This document shows positions 26,360 to 36,811 of a stretch of 64,000 bases of DNA, piece after piece. The position numbers were made by a program, and so were the translations under genes. This DNA comes from Caldisericota bacterium. Lineage in GTDB: Bacteria; Caldisericota; Caldisericia; JAAYUI01. Every line of letters begins with the position of its first letter. Positions within the stretch are counted from its first letter, which is position 1. A model generated the notes under the pieces. That model was not told where the DNA came from. It searched no databases and saw only the letters and a list, made by a program, of their open reading frames with translations. The stretch lies in NCBI GenBank assembly GCA_029548865.1, contig JAKPMO010000004.1:96001-160000 (forward strand), given 5' to 3'.

Positions 26360-29300
26360 TTAAGGTAACCACACTCTTTCAATTACTATAAAACCTTTGA
26401 GCAGGTCAGTATTTAGTGTGCATTCAAGCACAGACCTGAGAATTTCTTGCGTCAGATAGAACGAACCATCCACCAGTGAAGGTGAGTTTGGCAATTGTAT
26501 CTGGGTACCTCCAGAAAGAGCAACGGTTGAACCTGACTCAAAGATGATTGATTTTCCAAACACATCAAGTTTGCAGGTGTTTGCTTCCTGGGAAACTTGG
26601 AACGAGGCACCGAAAATTACCCGTAAAGCGTCTACTGGTATCAATCCATCCTTTGTCAGAGAGGATTGCATCACGCCAATCACATCACCTTTTTGGTCAA
26701 AAACTTCTTTCTGGCCAACAACAATTCGGCCCCAGCCTTGTGCATATACCGGGATTTCTACTGTTTCGATGGCAATGTTTCCTGCCTGGTCAACAGCTTC
26801 AATCTTGATCTGATTCTTGCCAGGCACCAAAGAAATGCTGGCCTGATAAATGTCGTAAACCACGGTTGCATCTTTGCCATTGATCTTGACAGAGGCCCCT
26901 GGCTCAACCCTTCCCTTTATTATAAATTCTTGTGCACCAATAAGCTCTGGGAATTTTGGCACAAGCAATTCTGGTTTTATGGTATCGAGTGTTATTGAAA
27001 GTTGCAGTGTTCTTGATGGGCCTTTTGAAAGTTGGGACACGATAACCACAAAATTCGGGCCTTCAACAAGAGACACCTTTGTGGTGAAAGAACCATCCTG
27101 GGCAACCTGGGTCAGTTTTCCATTGATTACCAGTGTTGCTCCTGGGGACGTCTTGCCTTTTAGCGTGACCGTTTGTTTGTTGGTGAGGGATGGGTATGGA
27201 TCAACCTCAAGAACTGGAGGTTCGGTTTGGTCACCTGTGTATTCGATGATTTCCCCGGGCACAAAACCTTTGGCTGTCGCAGATATAACGATCTTCATGA
27301 CTGATTTGGGCTCTATTTCAAGCGTTACTTTGCCGTTTGCATCAGTTTGCCCTTCAGCATCAACATCCTCGCCTTTAACCCTTACTGCGGCATTCGGTAT
27401 CACTGCTTTTGTGGCCCTATCAATGATCTGAATAGTCAGGGTGTTTTTGATTCCATTGACGATTTTTGATGGTGAGAGAAGTATTGGGACAATTCCGGGT
27501 GAGCTGTCAAGTGCAGCAATCGGGTAAATGGAGAAGTATTCGGGGGCATCTTTTATGGTGAATTCAAATGGTTCTTTGTCCAGCAAAGTGTTTTTGCATG
27601 TGTATCCAAGCTGTATAACTGATTTACCCTGTCCCGTTGGGTTTAGAGTGAGGTAGGTATAAGGAACACTTCCTGGCTCAAATGCGTAGAATCCACCCTG
27701 GGAGAGGAAGCTCTCATTTGCTCCAGTGGCCATTATGTAGCCACCGCCAGTGATCTGGATATCCCTGTCATCAGCCGGCATTATTTCTACCAGTATGTGG
27801 TTGTCAGTGGCATAGGCCAGATCAAAGTTGTTCTGGTCGAGTAACCCTATTGAAAGCGGCATCTTGCTTTCTGCTGATTTAAAGGCCATCTTTGGTGTTT
27901 CAAGCGAGAGCATTGTCTCTGGGAAAGCATCCCAGTCGAGAGCAAATGTTCCGTCCCTGGAACCCATGGTTGAACCTTCCAGTGGCCCAGGATTTGTCTT
28001 GTACTTGAACCTGGTGTAATGGAAGCCAGGATCTGTGTAGTTTGAGAAAGGAGCACCTGCTACATCTGCAAAGAGGTCGTCAGTTGAGTATGAGTTGAGG
28101 CCAACTAGACCACCTACCTTGCATACGTCTTCGGCAAAAATATAGAACTTGCATGAACCAAGCTCATCCAGAGGCAGAGTATCTTTGATATCCAGGATAC
28201 CGTCCTTTTCCCTGTCAGCGAAGAGATATGTACCCTCGTGAGGATTGTTGTATATGCAACCAAGGCCCCACCCATATGGAGTAGGTTTGTACTCCGGCTG
28301 GACAAGCATATTCGGCCTGTCCGAGAACGTATCGTTATTGTAGTGGATATTTGTTATGTTGTAGAGGACTGGCTCATTGCGCCTTAATATCGTTACAGCC
28401 CTTAACTGCTCATCCCACGTGAAGAATTCCCTCTTTGTCAGGAATGAACTAAATTGGAGTATCTCACCATTTGATCTCTGGAGCTGTCTATCTCCGTTCC
28501 AGTCCAATCCAAGGTGAACGCTGTATTTTGTCTCACACCTTTCACAGGGGAAGAAGCTTCTCGGACGCCAGTTGGCGGGGACGTTTATAAATGGGGTAAA
28601 GTGAGCTGGGTATGTTATCTTGTCACCGCAAATTCTCACCTCTTTTGGAGGTTGTTTGAGAATAAAACCTTGCCGGTTCTTGCAGACAGCTGTTACCTCG
28701 TAGACTCTATTGGATCCCGCAGTAAGCAAGAAATCTGGTTCACCAGGAGTTGTGAACACTTTTCTTTCTGGGTCATCAAGGTTTGTAACATTGTATTCAA
28801 CAATTGGAAGCTCAACCTTGATCTTGGTTGTTCCAAAGTGTTTTCTGTTGGGCGTGTAAACAGTAAGATAAAATTCGCCTGCATCGTTGGCACAGAAGCC
28901 TTTAAATTGATATATTCCATCTTTTGAGCGCGAGAAGTCAATCTGGATTGGTTCAAATGATCTCTTCTTGGCATCTTCCCAATCAGAGTAGAGGAACATG
29001 TTGGCGTAGTAATTATAGGAAACGTTGTGAAGGTCTGTTCTTACCCAGTAATATTGCGGCAATCTTGCGTCTGGGCCAAAGAACAGCTCATCGTCCGGGA
29101 ACCAGTCCTTAAAGCAATGTAACCATGCTCGATCAGGTGGGACTTCGTTGTCTCCGCCCATGTCCCTTACGCCCTGGAGAAGGTCGACTGGAGTACCTGT
29201 TGCATCGGTGACCCTTATGGTTAGGGGTTTAGACGGATCAGCCATCTCATTTACAACTCCAGCTGTAAGTGGTTGTGGCGAAATCTCAACGGTGAGGTCG

Positions 29301-32300
29301 TCTTTTGGTCCGATGTTTGCTTTGGCTTCGCCTGCGAGATAGACCTCGTGGGTATAGCTTAGTTCAAACCATTCGTGGTAATAATATGGCGAATAGGACC
29401 TATCATTGTTGTCATCACCATATTTGTAAGCAGTAACATAAACGCTTGTTTCTTCCTGTTCCGAGATGACGTGGTCGGCAGGTGTCATCATTTTTCTCAT
29501 AAACCCAATATTCATGCCGCCAATGTCCATACCTACATCGGTGATTTGGCAACCTGTCTCTTTTGTAAGATCAAGTTCGTAAATACCATCATTTCTGTTG
29601 AATGTCCTGGCGTCATACATTCCACCGTTCCACAGGTTTGTTGCAAGATCATAGGTACCAATTATTTCTGTCTCGTATTCCGAAAAACTTATTTTTCCAT
29701 TTTCGTTGAAATCGTCGCGTTCAGAATACATCCTGCCGCCGCTACGCGAATTACCTCTCATTGGCATTGGTGTTCCCATTGTTCTTCCATCACCCATGCC
29801 CAAATGGATTGGTTCGTCCATTCCTTCAATCTGGAAGGCGATTCCCCTGTCTTGCCATATATAGACGAAAGCGTTGTTGCACGCTTCCTCTATTTGCATG
29901 TCTTCTTGTTCGGTGATTTTTATTTTGAAATGATGGTCTTGATCAACTGGAATTGCGTCTGGAAGGCCCGTGATTGTGAGCCCATGCACCCTTATTCCAA
30001 ATTCGTTTTTGTTGCCACAGCAGTCCTGGAATTTCTTTATGGTACCGTCAAACAACTCAACTTCGATTTCTATCCTGCCTGAACCAACAGGGGTCAATTC
30101 ATCAATCTTTATGACGTTTGAAACGCCTGTATAATCCAGCCTTTTGTTCCATATGAGGAATTTGTTGAATTCATCAGGCATGAATGTTATCTTGTCTGGG
30201 CCAAAACCTATTTCACCGATCCAGTTTTGCCCTTCAAACTCGTACCATTGATAGTTAGTACTGTCTATGACTACTTTTCCAGTGAAATCATATATGATTG
30301 GAAGTCTGACCATTCCCTCAAAGGCAAAGTCAGTTGTGACCCTTCCAGTTATCGGGTCCATGATCTTTGGCCTCTTGAATGGCCCTGTAACCGTGAGTTT
30401 CTTTATTAGTCTTTTGAATGGTGTTGGATTTGATGTGGTTCCAGGATTGAATGTCAAATGAGTACCATTTGAGTCTTTCAAGACGAAATAAATGCCGTAA
30501 TCAGTGAGCGGGAAGAATTCGGTACCAAGCTTGTTAAAGTTTACCTTCCTTTGTTTTTTGTCTTCATCGGGGTCTTTGCCAAGTGCTTCTTTGTTTGCAT
30601 TGAGCCTTTGTCCCCATTCGGACCATATTGCGGGATATGAGTTGTAGCCACATATCATTGCTCTGGCAAAAGGAATATTTATGATCCTGCTCAAGTGCGC
30701 CTGTCCGCCTGGATAGACCCTGAAATCATCTTGCAAATTCCTTAGCATTGGATTGTATGGGTGCTGGATTTGTGGAGTTGGCGGCGAGATCTGGTTTATG
30801 GAGTTTTTCCCTGCTGTGTAATCCAGTTGCGAGAATTGCAGACCATGATCGATGACCTCGAGTTCTGAGAAGTTGAGTACTGGGTCGAGTGTAAGAACCT
30901 TTGCTGTTGCATAACCGCTGTAATCAAGACCAAGGTGATCATCAAGCAGGAAGTGTGAAGGGTGGACTGGTAGTTTGCTGTTATAGTCGAACATAATGTT
31001 GAAACTGCTTATTCTCAGCCTTATCTGGGTGTTCTCTTTTGGTTTTACAAGACCCAGTGCCCACCCACCGGTATCTGTATCTGTGAATGTTGAAGCACTG
31101 GTGATATATGTTGGGACACCATAAGTCTCAATTCTTCCAAATTTAACACCTGTTTTTGGGTCTGTGGTAATGCCATCGAACAATCCGAGTTCATCACCCT
31201 TTGTGACTACTCCCCAGGCGAGGAAACCATCGTCATCACCCCATGTTTGGGCCATCTGCGAGGAATTGTTTACATCAACCAGCGATGCCTGTGATGAAAC
31301 TTCTATTGGTCTGGATGTCCCAACAAATAGAGGTGGCATAAAGCTTGGATCATCACCAACATAGTCACCCGAATCAAGTGCTCCAGGAACATAACCTATA
31401 TCATTCCAATACCAGAAGTAGTATGTTTTGTCTATGTTGTATTGGATTATGTATCGCTGTCCGTTTTCACCTATGGCGGTTGCCATCCAATTTACGCCAC
31501 CGCCAGTGGCATTATAGGAAACAATTGTTTGCTCGTCCTTATTGAGGGCAAACGGGATGCAACATGGGTCGTTAATATCGAGCATGTTGTCTGCATCATA
31601 GGTCTCAAGAGAGATGTTTGGATATCTCTCTTCGAGCATGTCCAGACACTTTCTTGTGGAATTTATTTCGAGCCTTTCACTCCTGACTTTCAGATAGCCC
31701 TTTTCCCATGCGTCATACTTGTTTGCAAGTGAAATCGGAACAGCCGGTTGCGGCCATGGAGGAGGGACTGCAGTGAGAGTATTTTTGTTGTTCTGAACGT
31801 TGTCTGTGGGCATGTATTTTGTCAGGTAGAACATGTCCTGATAAGGCCCATCTGGTGGCGCTACTTTTACTGGGTCGCCAAAATCTGCAAAAGCCGTTAC
31901 AACGAGCGGATCGTATCTCCCATTTGAATAAAGTGAACCCTGGTAAGGGGTTATTTCAAAATAGATTTCTCTGTCGGCATCAGTTATTGTGCTTGTCTGT
32001 TCCCACGGAATTTTTCCATAAGTTGCTGGTGACCTGAGGGTAACATAGATTTTTTGGTTTTTTTCTAGCAAAATTGGACTTTTGATACGCAACTTTGATG
32101 TCTGTTCAACACGCAGTTCCCTGTCAACATAAAGATCAAGACCAACTTTTCCAGGGAGTACTGGAATATCTATTGCTGTTGGGTGGCCGCATTTACCGAT
32201 TGAGAAACCATGAGCCTTGTATTCATGGACAAAACAACCCCATTCATCAACAACATCACTGCACGGATATGAGTAGTAGCCGATTTTTATCTGGCTCATT

Positions 32301-34486
32301 CTCACATCACCATAGTCGATGATCAGGTTGTTATTGAGGTCATTGTATATATCTTCGCCAACATCATATTCGCCATTTGGCTGATTCTCACCATGGATCA
32401 CATCGTAAAAACGTAATGTGGTTGGCAAATTAAGGAGTGGGGCGCCACAGTCCAGGTCGCCTGCGGTTACATTTGTGCCGGCCTTGTAGGTGACAGTATT
32501 GTTGCCCTTTGTGATCGTGACCTCTGTTATCCTTATGTCGGCTGATTCTACCTGGTTTGTGTTGCTTCTGTATTTCCTGTAAATCGATCTCTGGCAACCA
32601 AATGCACCCGTTCCAATATCGGTGCATCTATACGCAGAAGAAAAACCTATTAGACCTTCGCCGCCCCAAGGGGGTGGCGATGTCCTTCCTGCATCTGGCG
32701 ACTGGAGGCCTTCCTCGGCCCCAAGATAACTTTCGGAATGCTTGCCAGCCAAGAAGTCCGAATTAACATTGTTTGAAAATACCTCCGGACTTGGCCCGAG
32801 AAGATTGTCTATTCCATTATCAAGGAATATTGATAACCCAAAATATGACCTGAAATCGGCTTTTACATTAAAGAACGTTGTCGATGGTATGGCGAAATCT
32901 TCTGCAGAGCTATCAAGAGAAGTTGATTTATTGATGTTCTGGGAGCCAGTTAGCAACCTTCCGTATGGGTCATAGAGCGAGGTGACAGAATTTGCAGGGG
33001 TTGCGCCCATCCAGACATCAGACTGGACGACTACATCATACGTCGGTGCGAAAGGCCCAGATTGGAGCAATTCAACGGCCATGAAAAGATCACCGGCTTC
33101 AAGACCACCCAATACACAGTTGCCCTCGGCATTTGCATTCTCAAACTTGTGAGCATTTGTGTTTACATCCGTGAGTGCGATGTCTCTTTCGGTTACCGTT
33201 GCTTCGGCATCACCTTTTCTGTAAATGAACTCATGTGGGTCGTAGACGAGGTTCCTGTTTACATTTTCAGTGTGTAGCTCATCACCGGAGGCTGTTGTCC
33301 CGGAATGGACAAACTGGACCAGCAATCTTCCAACATCAAGATCGTCCCCTGGATCAAGAACGCCGATTGGCGGAGCATCAACTACTGAGGATCCTGCAAG
33401 GTATGTTCTTGGCTCACCGTTTGTCGATATGACGATTACATTTGTAAGCCTTGTGTCACCCGATGAAACTACCGGTGCTGTGGTAAGGTTTGTGGTTCTC
33501 CGATATATCCACTCTGCCGGTGTGTATCTTCCATCGGTGTTTATGTTCTCGGCGTGCCATTCTTCGCCTTGTTCAAAATCTGTGTCAAAGTCATTTACAA
33601 AAGGTACATAATGAAGGCCTATGTCCCACCTTTCGATTGTGGAACTGGAAACCGGCCTTGGTTTTAATGTAGTCCCTATAGATGGGATAATTGGGAAATC
33701 GGTGCTTGGATTGTTGTCCTGGATGAGTGGGAAGTCAGGCATGTCGACCCAACCGATCTGGAAAAGCCTTGTTCTTACAGGTGGTTTCTGGTTGAATGGA
33801 TCTGGCTGGAACCCCTCCCAGATCTCTTTGTCAATCCTAAAATACACTTCCGACCCCGATTTGTAGTTCGGCTGGATGGAGCCATCAGCTTTTGTCGGGA
33901 GGATAAAATATGGCCCCTGGGTGTTGTTGCAGTTTATGGGGTCAACATAACAGCATGGATTCAGTTTTATATTGTCCCATTGATATGATGGATCTGGGTC
34001 CCTGCCATAGTTTGGGTCATCTGGGTTCGCATAACCATAGTATCTGCAGTCTTCAAATGCCCCTGTTCTGGAGAACCAGAGTTGTCCGGCCGAGTCAAGC
34101 GCAGCTATAACTTTTTCGGTCAGGTTGGTTGCTTTGCTTGTTCCAGATTTGTTTAGATAGAAAATGGTATAATAAAGTGGGGTTGTCATTGTGGCCTGGG
34201 TGGCCCTTATGTTGTATCCGCCAGAGACGGCTAATGATGCATCTGGCATTGGAAATTCTGTTCTACCCCAAGAAGTCACACCTTCGCCATCAAAGGCATA
34301 ATTTTGTGCTGGAACAAGCTGATTTCCGCTCCATGCAGACCCTACTGGTGCCCATCTTGTAGCAGCGAAGACTGCTGACTGGTTGTTGCTCACTTGTTCG
34401 GCGTTGGCAAACGATGAAAATGGCAATCCATTAATAAGAATCAAAAGAGCCAAAATTAATCTGTAACTTTTTCTCATTTTCCTCAT
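26360..34486 (-). CDS. Giant (2708 aa) secreted/cell-surface protein with internal repeats, Ca-binding-like motifs, Ig-like domains and a degenerate CAO-N-like C-terminus
   Basis: Single 8.1-kb ORF with a signal peptide. The C-terminal Ig-like modules (LKGKTSPGATLVING; DTIKPEL...GRVEPGASVKING) resemble those of the other surface proteins. The function of the central region is unrecognised. Confidence 0.8.
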   Translation of the reverse strand: MRKMRKSYRLILALLILINGLPFSSFANAEQVSNNQSAVFAATRWAPVGSAWSGNQLVPAQNYAFDGEGVTSWGRTEFPMPDASLAVSGGYNIRATQATMTTPLYYTIFYLNKSGTSKATNLTEKVIAALDSAGQLWFSRTGAFEDCRYYGYANPDDPNYGRDPDPSYQWDNIKLNPCCYVDPINCNNTQGPYFILPTKADGSIQPNYKSGSEVYFRIDKEIWEGFQPDPFNQKPPVRTRLFQIGWVDMPDFPLIQDNNPSTDFPIIPSIGTTLKPRPVSSSTIERWDIGLHYVPFVNDFDTDFEQGEEWHAENINTDGRYTPAEWIYRRTTNLTTAPVVSSGDTRLTNVIVISTNGEPRTYLAGSSVVDAPPIGVLDPGDDLDVGRLLVQFVHSGTTASGDELHTENVNRNLVYDPHEFIYRKGDAEATVTERDIALTDVNTNAHKFENANAEGNCVLGGLEAGDLFMAVELLQSGPFAPTYDVVVQSDVWMGATPANSVTSLYDPYGRLLTGSQNINKSTSLDSSAEDFAIPSTTFFNVKADFRSYFGLSIFLDNGIDNLLGPSPEVFSNNVNSDFLAGKHSESYLGAEEGLQSPDAGRTSPPPWGGEGLIGFSSAYRCTDIGTGAFGCQRSIYRKYRSNTNQVESADIRITEVTITKGNNTVTYKAGTNVTAGDLDCGAPLLNLPTTLRFYDVIHGENQPNGEYDVGEDIYNDLNNNLIIDYGDVRMSQIKIGYYSYPCSDVVDEWGCFVHEYKAHGFSIGKCGHPTAIDIPVLPGKVGLDLYVDRELRVEQTSKLRIKSPILLEKNQKIYVTLRSPATYGKIPWEQTSTITDADREIYFEITPYQGSLYSNGRYDPLVVTAFADFGDPVKVAPPDGPYQDMFYLTKYMPTDNVQNNKNTLTAVPPPWPQPAVPISLANKYDAWEKGYLKVRSERLEINSTRKCLDMLEERYPNISLETYDADNMLDINDPCCIPFALNKDEQTIVSYNATGGGVNWMATAIGENGQRYIIQYNIDKTYYFWYWNDIGYVPGALDSGDYVGDDPSFMPPLFVGTSRPIEVSSQASLVDVNNSSQMAQTWGDDDGFLAWGVVTKGDELGLFDGITTDPKTGVKFGRIETYGVPTYITSASTFTDTDTGGWALGLVKPKENTQIRLRISSFNIMFDYNSKLPVHPSHFLLDDHLGLDYSGYATAKVLTLDPVLNFSELEVIDHGLQFSQLDYTAGKNSINQISPPTPQIQHPYNPMLRNLQDDFRVYPGGQAHLSRIINIPFARAMICGYNSYPAIWSEWGQRLNANKEALGKDPDEDKKQRKVNFNKLGTEFFPLTDYGIYFVLKDSNGTHLTFNPGTTSNPTPFKRLIKKLTVTGPFKRPKIMDPITGRVTTDFAFEGMVRLPIIYDFTGKVVIDSTNYQWYEFEGQNWIGEIGFGPDKITFMPDEFNKFLIWNKRLDYTGVSNVIKIDELTPVGSGRIEIEVELFDGTIKKFQDCCGNKNEFGIRVHGLTITGLPDAIPVDQDHHFKIKITEQEDMQIEEACNNAFVYIWQDRGIAFQIEGMDEPIHLGMGDGRTMGTPMPMRGNSRSGGRMYSERDDFNENGKISFSEYETEIIGTYDLATNLWNGGMYDARTFNRNDGIYELDLTKETGCQITDVGMDIGGMNIGFMRKMMTPADHVISEQEETSVYVTAYKYGDDNNDRSYSPYYYHEWFELSYTHEVYLAGEAKANIGPKDDLTVEISPQPLTAGVVNEMADPSKPLTIRVTDATGTPVDLLQGVRDMGGDNEVPPDRAWLHCFKDWFPDDELFFGPDARLPQYYWVRTDLHNVSYNYYANMFLYSDWEDAKKRSFEPIQIDFSRSKDGIYQFKGFCANDAGEFYLTVYTPNRKHFGTTKIKVELPIVEYNVTNLDDPERKVFTTPGEPDFLLTAGSNRVYEVTAVCKNRQGFILKQPPKEVRICGDKITYPAHFTPFINVPANWRPRSFFPCERCETKYSVHLGLDWNGDRQLQRSNGEILQFSSFLTKREFFTWDEQLRAVTILRRNEPVLYNITNIHYNNDTFSDRPNMLVQPEYKPTPYGWGLGCIYNNPHEGTYLFADREKDGILDIKDTLPLDELGSCKFYIFAEDVCKVGGLVGLNSYSTDDLFADVAGAPFSNYTDPGFHYTRFKYKTNPGPLEGSTMGSRDGTFALDWDAFPETMLSLETPKMAFKSAESKMPLSIGLLDQNNFDLAYATDNHILVEIMPADDRDIQITGGGYIMATGANESFLSQGGFYAFEPGSVPYTYLTLNPTGQGKSVIQLGYTCKNTLLDKEPFEFTIKDAPEYFSIYPIAALDSSPGIVPILLSPSKIVNGIKNTLTIQIIDRATKAVIPNAAVRVKGEDVDAEGQTDANGKVTLEIEPKSVMKIVISATAKGFVPGEIIEYTGDQTEPPVLEVDPYPSLTNKQTVTLKGKTSPGATLVINGKLTQVAQDGSFTTKVSLVEGPNFVVIVSQLSKGPSRTLQLSITLDTIKPELLVPKFPELIGAQEFIIKGRVEPGASVKINGKDATVVYDIYQASISLVPGKNQIKIEAVDQAGNIAIETVEIPVYAQGWGRIVVGQKEVFDQKGDVIGVMQSSLTKDGLIPVDALRVIFGASFQVSQEANTCKLDVFGKSIIFESGSTVALSGGTQIQLPNSPSLVDGSFYLTQEILRSVLECTLNTDLLKGFIVIERVWLP

Positions 34487-34559
34487 TCTACTATATACGT
34501 AGCGCTTTCAGTTTTTGTTACCCAAAATATATACACACGAATACCACGCGTGTTTATCG

Positions 34560-34588
34560 ATTCTATTATTGTACTATTCATGTGTCAA
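34560..34588 (-). promoter_or_regulatory. Putative sigma70 promoter of the giant surface protein
   Basis: TTGACA-17-TAGAAT on the minus strand. Confidence 0.65.
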
Positions 34589-34606
34589 GCGTATTTTTTC
34601 CATTAC

Positions 34607-34634
34607 TTGAGTTAAAAAGCGTCCATGCTAGAAT
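34607..34634 (+). promoter_or_regulatory. Putative extended -10 promoter of the C25 peptidase
   Basis: TTGAGT-16-TAGAAT with TGn, 8 nt before the ATG. Confidence 0.5.
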
Positions 34635-34642
34635 TGTTTTAA

Positions 34643-36811
34643 ATGAAAAAAACGATAAATTATATCATCTTAATTATCTTTATATTAACTATCTCACCTG
34701 TACACAAAGTCTTTTCAGAAGAGCAAAAACCTTGCTTTCTTATTATCTCAAAGCATCCGCAAGCACTTTTGGATGAGCTGGTCAAATCCAAAGAAGCGGC
34801 AGGATTTCAAGTTAAGTATATAAATATTGGTGAGATACCACATGATGATGATCTTGGGCCGAAAGATATCAGAATATTTTTGAAGAAGAATAAAGATGCC
34901 TGGAACATAAAATATCTGCTTATAGTGGGAACAGAAGATACCGTGCCCATGATGTATTGTTCTCCTGCCTCCGAGGGTGTTGTATCGAGAGACCTTGTTG
35001 ATACGCCAACAGATTTCTATTACTCGTCGATCTATGACGATTGGGACAAGGATGATGACGGAAGGGTTGGGGAGTACCCGGATGATGGGATAGCAGAACA
35101 CAAAGCCGATATTTTTGTTGGCAGGATACCGTTTGATGAACCGAAAACAATTTCCGAAATTTCCAAATCAATGGCCGAATTCGACAGCCTACCTGATTTC
35201 CAGAAAGCAAAGATGCTTTTTGGTGGTGCAATGCTTGGTTTCCAGGGTGAGGTCTGGGACGACAAGATAATGGAAAGAACAGACGGTGGGGAATACTGCG
35301 AGAAAATATATTCGGAAATTTTTAGTGGCAAGGGATTTTCCAGATACAGACTCTATGAAAAAGATGGTTTTCTTCCATCTCCATTCCAATGTGAAGAGCC
35401 GCTCAACGCAGAGACTTTCGGCTACCAGATACCAAACAGGTATGGGCTTGTCTTGTGGACTGCCCATGGCTCGCCTGAACATATAGTTAGGACAGTCTGG
35501 AACTCGGGTAGTGCCCAAAAATCCTCTCCTTCCAAGGCCGATCTTTCACAGCCAAGACTCCTGAACTCAACCCAGATGACAGGTGCCAAGACCAGGTGGG
35601 GGATTGTTGTTTCGGCATCTTGCTCAACATCGAACCCTTCCGCAGGAACGGGTCTGGGTGCTTCGGTAATCAAGGCTGGTGCTTCAGCTTATGTTGGTTC
35701 AACCAGGGTTGCCTGGTCACCATCATACTGGAGGAAACTCGAAGATGGCGGAATGGACACTATTTTGTACCTCTTTTGCAGGTACCTTTCCGTTCCAGGC
35801 ACATCCGTGGGGCAGGCAATCGCACAGGCGAGGGTTGAGTTTGCCAAACAATATTTCTTTGGTGACATCGAGGACCCAATCGAGTCGGCCCAGATGAATA
35901 TTTACAACTTCAATCTCTATGGCGATCCATCGGTTTGCCTGATAAAGGGTGATATTGGAGGAAGCGTCGAAATACTTGAACCAAGCATCAGCGCCTCTCC
36001 TGGAGAAGTGGCAAAATGGGAGGCAAATATCTCCGGCAGCGATTTGACTGGCAATATCTTTCAGGTGATCCCGGACAAGCAGGACATGAGCTGGGCCGTC
36101 CCGGAAGTCGTGATTGCTGGAAACAAGCTTGTTTTGACAGCAGAAATTCCATCATCAGTTCCTAACGGCAAGAGATTTTGGATACTCCACCAGAAGAGGG
36201 GCGACCTGTCGTCGCAAATACCGATAGTTCTCAATATTGTGCCAAAACCGGAGGCCAGCTTTGGATTTTCATCAGGAGATGGCGCGATAATCCCGTTTTC
36301 AAGGGTCAAGTCCAGCCTTAATTTGACACAGAAAACAAAATATCTTGAGGTCACACTGAAATATGATCCTGACAAAATCAAGTTTGTTTCCATAGGTCAG
36401 CCATCAAAAAAATCAGATGTTTTCTCGTTTTTTGATAACCATTTTGGTCTTGCATACATCAGGATTTCAGGAGCTTCCGAGGTACTGCCGCTGATAAGCT
36501 TCAGGGTGATGAAATTTGTAGGAAAAACATCAATCGATGTATCAAAAATTGTTGCAATGACAGACAGACCGGAGGCTTTAGCCATCCAGTCCAAATCGTT
36601 TGAAATAGCAATTGGGGAGAAAGAACTTTGGATCTCGAGAGCCGATTTTGATAGATCTGGTAAAGTGGATTCTTTTGACCTAGCGCTTCTTCTGTCGCGA
36701 ATCGGGTGCACAAAACAGGACCCAAAATATGATCCAGTTTATGATCTGGATGATAACGGCCTGATAGATTTTATTGATTACAGCCTTGCTTTCAAAAGAA
36801 TCAGTGGTTGA
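34643..36811 (+). CDS. Secreted C25 (gingipain family) cysteine peptidase with a cohesin-like domain and C-terminal dockerin
   Basis: KYLLIVG, PTDFYYS and DIFVGRIP motifs; catalytic His (TAHGS) and Cys (SASCST); NLYGDPS; cohesin-like LEVTLKYDPDKIKFV; dockerin ADFDRSGKVDSFD...YDLDDNGLIDFID. Confidence 0.88.
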   Translation: MKKTINYIILIIFILTISPVHKVFSEEQKPCFLIISKHPQALLDELVKSKEAAGFQVKYINIGEIPHDDDLGPKDIRIFLKKNKDAWNIKYLLIVGTEDTVPMMYCSPASEGVVSRDLVDTPTDFYYSSIYDDWDKDDDGRVGEYPDDGIAEHKADIFVGRIPFDEPKTISEISKSMAEFDSLPDFQKAKMLFGGAMLGFQGEVWDDKIMERTDGGEYCEKIYSEIFSGKGFSRYRLYEKDGFLPSPFQCEEPLNAETFGYQIPNRYGLVLWTAHGSPEHIVRTVWNSGSAQKSSPSKADLSQPRLLNSTQMTGAKTRWGIVVSASCSTSNPSAGTGLGASVIKAGASAYVGSTRVAWSPSYWRKLEDGGMDTILYLFCRYLSVPGTSVGQAIAQARVEFAKQYFFGDIEDPIESAQMNIYNFNLYGDPSVCLIKGDIGGSVEILEPSISASPGEVAKWEANISGSDLTGNIFQVIPDKQDMSWAVPEVVIAGNKLVLTAEIPSSVPNGKRFWILHQKRGDLSSQIPIVLNIVPKPEASFGFSSGDGAIIPFSRVKSSLNLTQKTKYLEVTLKYDPDKIKFVSIGQPSKKSDVFSFFDNHFGLAYIRISGASEVLPLISFRVMKFVGKTSIDVSKIVAMTDRPEALAIQSKSFEIAIGEKELWISRADFDRSGKVDSFDLALLLSRIGCTKQDPKYDPVYDLDDNGLIDFIDYSLAFKRISG

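Noticed and set aside
29375..30082. Long antisense ORFs (for example 29375..30082, 20563..21222, 41828..42466, 49032..49661)
   Set aside because: They are shadow frames opposite well-supported genes and show no recognisable motifs.
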